This document shows, piece after piece, positions 32,327 through 35,322 of a stretch of 35,322 nucleotides of DNA (positions are counted from its first letter, which is position 1; every line of letters starts with the position of its first letter). Position numbers and translations under genes: made by a program. This DNA is from Thermoanaerobaculia bacterium (GTDB lineage: Bacteria > Acidobacteriota > Thermoanaerobaculia > Gp7-AA8): contig JBAVBF010000589.1 of assembly GCA_049586115.1 (NCBI GenBank), positions 1-35,322 of the forward strand, read 5' to 3'. The notes under the pieces are model-generated. The model worked only from the letters and a program-made list of their open reading frames with translations. It had not been told where the DNA came from and did no database searches.

Positions 32327-33905
32327 GCTCATCAAATTTTTCCTCGACTTGGACCAGGCGCGGCATCGTGCCCAAGCCTTGGCCTTCGAACGGCGCCAAC
32401 AGGCGACAACGGCGGTTCGGCGGTCGATCGAGGATGTCATCCGATCCCTCGATGGTGGGGACACCGTATCCGTCTTCGAGCTTCCGGATCGACAGTCGCT
32501 GAAGATCAGCCGTCGATTGTTCCGCAGACACGCGGTACTGCTCGGCAGCACGGGGCACGGGAAATCCGTCTGCGCCATGTCGCTCCTCATCGCAGAGATC
32601 GACAGGGCACTCGATACGGCGGTGCTGTCTGGCAAGCCACTCGACATCGAGATCATGGTGATCGACATCAAAGACGATATCTGCACATTCAAACAGCGGA
32701 TCGCAGCGATCTTTCACCTTGCATCCGTCCCGAAGCGGGAGGTGATGCGATCGGCCTTTCATCTCATCCAGTGGAAGCACAGCGGCATCACGTTGCGTCC
32801 GCTTCTCGTCCCGCGCCCCGGCGTATCGATCGAGTACGTGGCAGAGCTGCAGGCCGACATCGTTGTGCAGACGAGCCCGTCGGACTGGTCGGACTCACTC
32901 CGTTTCCTGCTGTTCCAAATGCTCCGACTGCTCCTGCAACACGACTTCGCGTTCGATGGCCCAACGGTGATTGCGATCCTCACCGACGAGACGTTTCGCT
33001 TGACCCTCACGAACACCCTGCCAGTGGACCTCGCCGAGTTCTTCACGCGGCTCGCGCAGCTGATGGCTCCCCAGACGATCGCGGCCTTCATCCGCCGCGT
33101 CCTGATCTTCTGCGCGTACCGCGAGGTCGCGGCGTCGATCTGCATCCCGTGGACGATTGCGCGCGACCTGCAGCTCCCGACGGGCGCGCCGATCGTGCTT
33201 GCGGATTGCGGCTCACGGAGTCTGTTGCCCCCGAACGTCGCGCTCGCGGAGGCGAACGCTCTCATCACGGAACTCCTCCTTGCAGCTCGGGCCCGTGATC
33301 CGCGCGTGCCGCTCATTGCCTACATCGAGGAGGCGCTCTATCTGCTGACGCTTCTGCCGTCACTGCGTCAGCGCGTGCTAGACGGGCTCCGCCTCCTTCG
33401 CTCGAGCGGCACCTCGGTATGGTTCTCCGCTCAGTCATTTGCCAGCTTTCCTGGCGCGGCCGTTTCTGAAATTTTGAACAACATTGGATTTCTCGTGGCG
33501 TTCCAGTCGCGTTCAGACGTCGCGGACATGTTGTTTCCACAAATGCTGGTGCAGGCCTCCGAGACGCGCTCCAAAACCGATCGCAGGGACGAGTTCGCGT
33601 CACAGCTCGCATCACTGCCACCCCAGGAAGCCGTGCTCTGGGTGAAGCCTGAGCCGGCTATTCGCGTCCGCTCCAGCGACGTTCAAAGTCCGTCCGTGAC
33701 CACTGGCCTTTCGGGGAGCGCACTCGAGGACATCTTCGATCGGGAGCTCACCCCGAGATCCACCATCTCGCTCGACCGCGCCGAGTCCTTGATGGCGGAC
33801 TGGCGCGCGGCGCACCTGCCCCAGGCCAAGGGTGGGAAACACCAAGACGCCGCCACGCAAGCCTCGCTCCGGTCGCTCCTGGGGCTGGGGGAGGAGCACC
33901 GTTGA
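32319..33905 (+). CDS. P-loop NTPase of the FtsK/HerA/TraD-VirD4 (T4CP-like) superfamily
   Basis: Walker A AVLLGSTGHGKS, Walker B PLIAYIEEALYL, and a downstream LRSSGTSVWFSAQSFASF block resembling the R..G....Q motif of this clade. No N-terminal TM helix. Confidence 0.7.
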   Translation: MNRLIKFFLDLDQARHRAQALAFERRQQATTAVRRSIEDVIRSLDGGDTVSVFELPDRQSLKISRRLFRRHAVLLGSTGHGKSVCAMSLLIAEIDRALDTAVLSGKPLDIEIMVIDIKDDICTFKQRIAAIFHLASVPKREVMRSAFHLIQWKHSGITLRPLLVPRPGVSIEYVAELQADIVVQTSPSDWSDSLRFLLFQMLRLLLQHDFAFDGPTVIAILTDETFRLTLTNTLPVDLAEFFTRLAQLMAPQTIAAFIRRVLIFCAYREVAASICIPWTIARDLQLPTGAPIVLADCGSRSLLPPNVALAEANALITELLLAARARDPRVPLIAYIEEALYLLTLLPSLRQRVLDGLRLLRSSGTSVWFSAQSFASFPGAAVSEILNNIGFLVAFQSRSDVADMLFPQMLVQASETRSKTDRRDEFASQLASLPPQEAVLWVKPEPAIRVRSSDVQSPSVTTGLSGSALEDIFDRELTPRSTISLDRAESLMADWRAAHLPQAKGGKHQDAATQASLRSLLGLGEEHR

Positions 33906-34198
33906 GTGACCGTGCCGGCATCCGTCTCCTGACGATCGTGGTGCTCTACGCCCTCGCGTTGCCGGTCTTCGTCGTGAAGGCCTGCCTCGATCTCGTCCGG
34001 TCCTGGCGCAAGCTCGAGCCTGTGCGACAGGGCGTCATCGTGTGCCCGTGGTGTTCGCATCCAAACGCAGCAGCCCGGATGGCCACTTGTCCGTGCGGTG
34101 CGACGGAGCCGAATACGGTGTTCAGCTGTTCTTTCTGTGGTGCCACGTTCGACGCGATCACCTGCGAAGGCTGCGGCGCCACGATCAAAGTCCTATGA
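33902..34198 (+). CDS. Membrane-anchored zinc-ribbon protein
   Basis: The TTG start overlaps the ATPase stop. TM helix IRLLTIVVLYALALPVFVV. Then CPWC...CPC...CSFC...CEGC (four Cys pairs). Confidence 0.6.
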   Translation: MSDRAGIRLLTIVVLYALALPVFVVKACLDLVRSWRKLEPVRQGVIVCPWCSHPNAAARMATCPCGATEPNTVFSCSFCGATFDAITCEGCGATIKVL

Positions 34199-34614
34199 CC
34201 ACATCCACGCACAGCAACTACGTTCTTAGTCTTGAGCAAAAGGAGGATGCCGGCTGCAAAGCTCTCACGGCGCGTTCTGCCGTGTCCCTATTTCTTCATC
34301 CCACCTGTATGACGATCACCCGTACCCGCATCATCCCCCAAGTGTCCACCGAGGGCACCACCGACATTCCGTTCGACGCATTCGCCGACATCGAGGCGGT
34401 TGTGCAGAACGAGTTCGACGCGAACATCGCTGTTCACAACCACACAGCGGCTGGCAGTTTCCACGGTCGCCCCTTCGTCAACGTCGCCCATTACCTTCTC
34501 GAGCTCACCGCAGAGAGGGACGACATCGACGAGATCATTTCGCGGATCGAGCCAATGGTCGAGGACCTCATCGAACGTCATACACGGCAGCTCGCCCTGC
34601 CGATCGAGAGCTAA
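34195..34614 (+). CDS. Hypothetical protein (139 aa)
   Basis: ATG 34195 overlaps the preceding stop (ATGA). The acidic C-terminal half is DDIDEIISRIEPMVEDLIERH. The track ORF from 34042 overlaps the previous gene in another frame. Confidence 0.55.
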   Translation: MTTSTHSNYVLSLEQKEDAGCKALTARSAVSLFLHPTCMTITRTRIIPQVSTEGTTDIPFDAFADIEAVVQNEFDANIAVHNHTAAGSFHGRPFVNVAHYLLELTAERDDIDEIISRIEPMVEDLIERHTRQLALPIES

Positions 34615-34822
34615 CGCATGCTGGCATCCATCCCAACGCTCGAGTTCTCCACCACGGCGCTCTGCTGCCGCGCGCGAACGTCCGATCCCTCCGTGTTCGT
34701 CGAGACGAACAGAGAGGTGACTCGAACCAACGGGACCGCACGGCAGCACCGCCGCGGCTGGCGAACGACCCGACGCTTGGCACCCGGCGACGCGGCCCAG
34801 CTGTTCCTAACCGCCTCGCTTT

Positions 34823-35014
34823 ATGAAAACACTCATGACCACCCGCAGGACACCCGCGCAGAAGCGGCCGCTCTTCAAGCCGCTTTCACTTGTGCTCCTC
34901 AACGACAGTCAGCGTCTGTTGTTTTTTGTTATCGACGTCATCCTGCTCGTCACCTGCGCAGTGACGCTCAATGCCCTCCTGTTTCCGGGTATCGCAGCGA
35001 TCCTGCTCTCCTAA
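34823..35014 (+). CDS. Possible small membrane protein (63 aa)
   Basis: Basic N-terminus plus one long hydrophobic stretch (LLFFVIDVILLVTCAVTLNALLFPGIAAILL). No SD seen. Confidence 0.3.
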   Translation: MKTLMTTRRTPAQKRPLFKPLSLVLLNDSQRLLFFVIDVILLVTCAVTLNALLFPGIAAILLS

Positions 35015-35322
35015 CGTCACGCGGCGTCGGCACTGCCAAGGTGCGCGCTCGTGGGCTCGTGTGCGTTGCCCGAAGTCTGGCAGCGGGATCGGATCGAGGC
35101 ACTCGATCATCTTCCGCGCCGCCCTCTGGCGGACGGTTGCGCACCGGGTCCCGAGCCGTTGCGCGATCCAACTCTGTTCCCCCTCTCTCCTGGACCAAGG
35201 GTCGGTCGTCGCGGTCTCGCACCAACGCCGCTTCCTTCCCCCACGCTCCTATGCCCACCTCCCTCAGACCCACGGTCGCTTTAGACGTTCTTATCCCGCT
35301 TTCTAGTAATTTGGGCGTCCCC

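Larger units (their letters stand above)
13673..35322. mobile_element. Integrase-associated genomic island inserted at the 3' side of tRNA-Gly; right boundary not in the window
   Basis: An Xis-like HTH gene and a tyrosine integrase lie directly next to the tRNA. GC is visibly lower in 15.5-24 kb (sampled 60-nt lines about 57-58% versus about 65% upstream; not computed systematically). Cargo consists of conflict-system-type genes. No second copy of the tRNA 3' end was found by eye downstream. Confidence 0.7.

Noticed and set aside
34719-34728. T-arm-like GACTCGAACC (reverse complement GGTTCGAGTC, shared with the tRNA-Gly T loop)
   Set aside because: I considered it as an attR or tRNA fragment. 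The orientation is opposite to the tRNA, the flanks do not form T or acceptor stems, and the identity is only 10 nt.
34968-35322. ORFs at the right edge (34971-35306 +, 34968-35273 -, 35051-35284 +)
   Set aside because: They mutually overlap, are Arg/Pro-rich, and have no motifs or SD. I cannot support a coding call.
1-35322. CRISPR arrays, rRNA genes, IS/transposase genes, retron-like ncRNA
   Set aside because: I scanned for regularly spaced direct repeats, rRNA-like conserved blocks and DDE/HUH transposase motifs. None were seen. The only periodic repeats are the in-CDS hexapeptide array and the short phased TTCCGAT sites.

Overview
High-GC (about 65% by eye) bacterial chromosomal segment; the taxon cannot be assigned from sequence alone. 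The window has two parts. (1) 1-13.5 kb holds ordinary or accessory chromosomal genes: a truncated M28 peptidase, a HepT/MntA toxin-antitoxin pair, a periplasmic beta-propeller/Y_Y_Y sensor fused to a GGDEF diguanylate cyclase, a membrane pentapeptide-repeat protein, a membrane ankyrin-repeat protein, a DAACS-family dicarboxylate/amino-acid symporter, a lipoprotein, and a GT-C / GT2 / NAD-epimerase glycosylation trio. (2) A tRNA-Gly(CCC) at 13597-13672 is followed directly by an Xis-like HTH gene and a tyrosine integrase. These open a genomic island of at least 21.6 kb that runs to the right edge; no attR was seen. Parts of the island look lower in GC (about 57-60% by eye), and it is packed with conflict-system-type genes. 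The main candidate for a new system is a tightly coupled operon at 15787-24052: NrdG-like radical SAM, coiled-coil protein, pseudo-AAA/ClpB-D2 ATPase, a TerY-like vWA + Ser/Thr kinase + PP2C triad, a possible MYG1/DHH-like phosphoesterase, and a Zn-ribbon mini-ORF. A second Zn-ribbon mini-ORF is divergently transcribed at 15372-15521. Further island modules are a PTP phosphatase-DUF4238-unknown operon, a DUF4209/HEPN-like protein, a four-gene envelope module, and an FtsK/HerA/T4CP-like ATPase module with membrane and Zn-ribbon partners. Helically phased TTCCGAT repeats recur in several island intergenic regions. No CRISPR array, rRNA, transposase or IS element was recognised. All family assignments rest on motifs read by eye and need profile searches.
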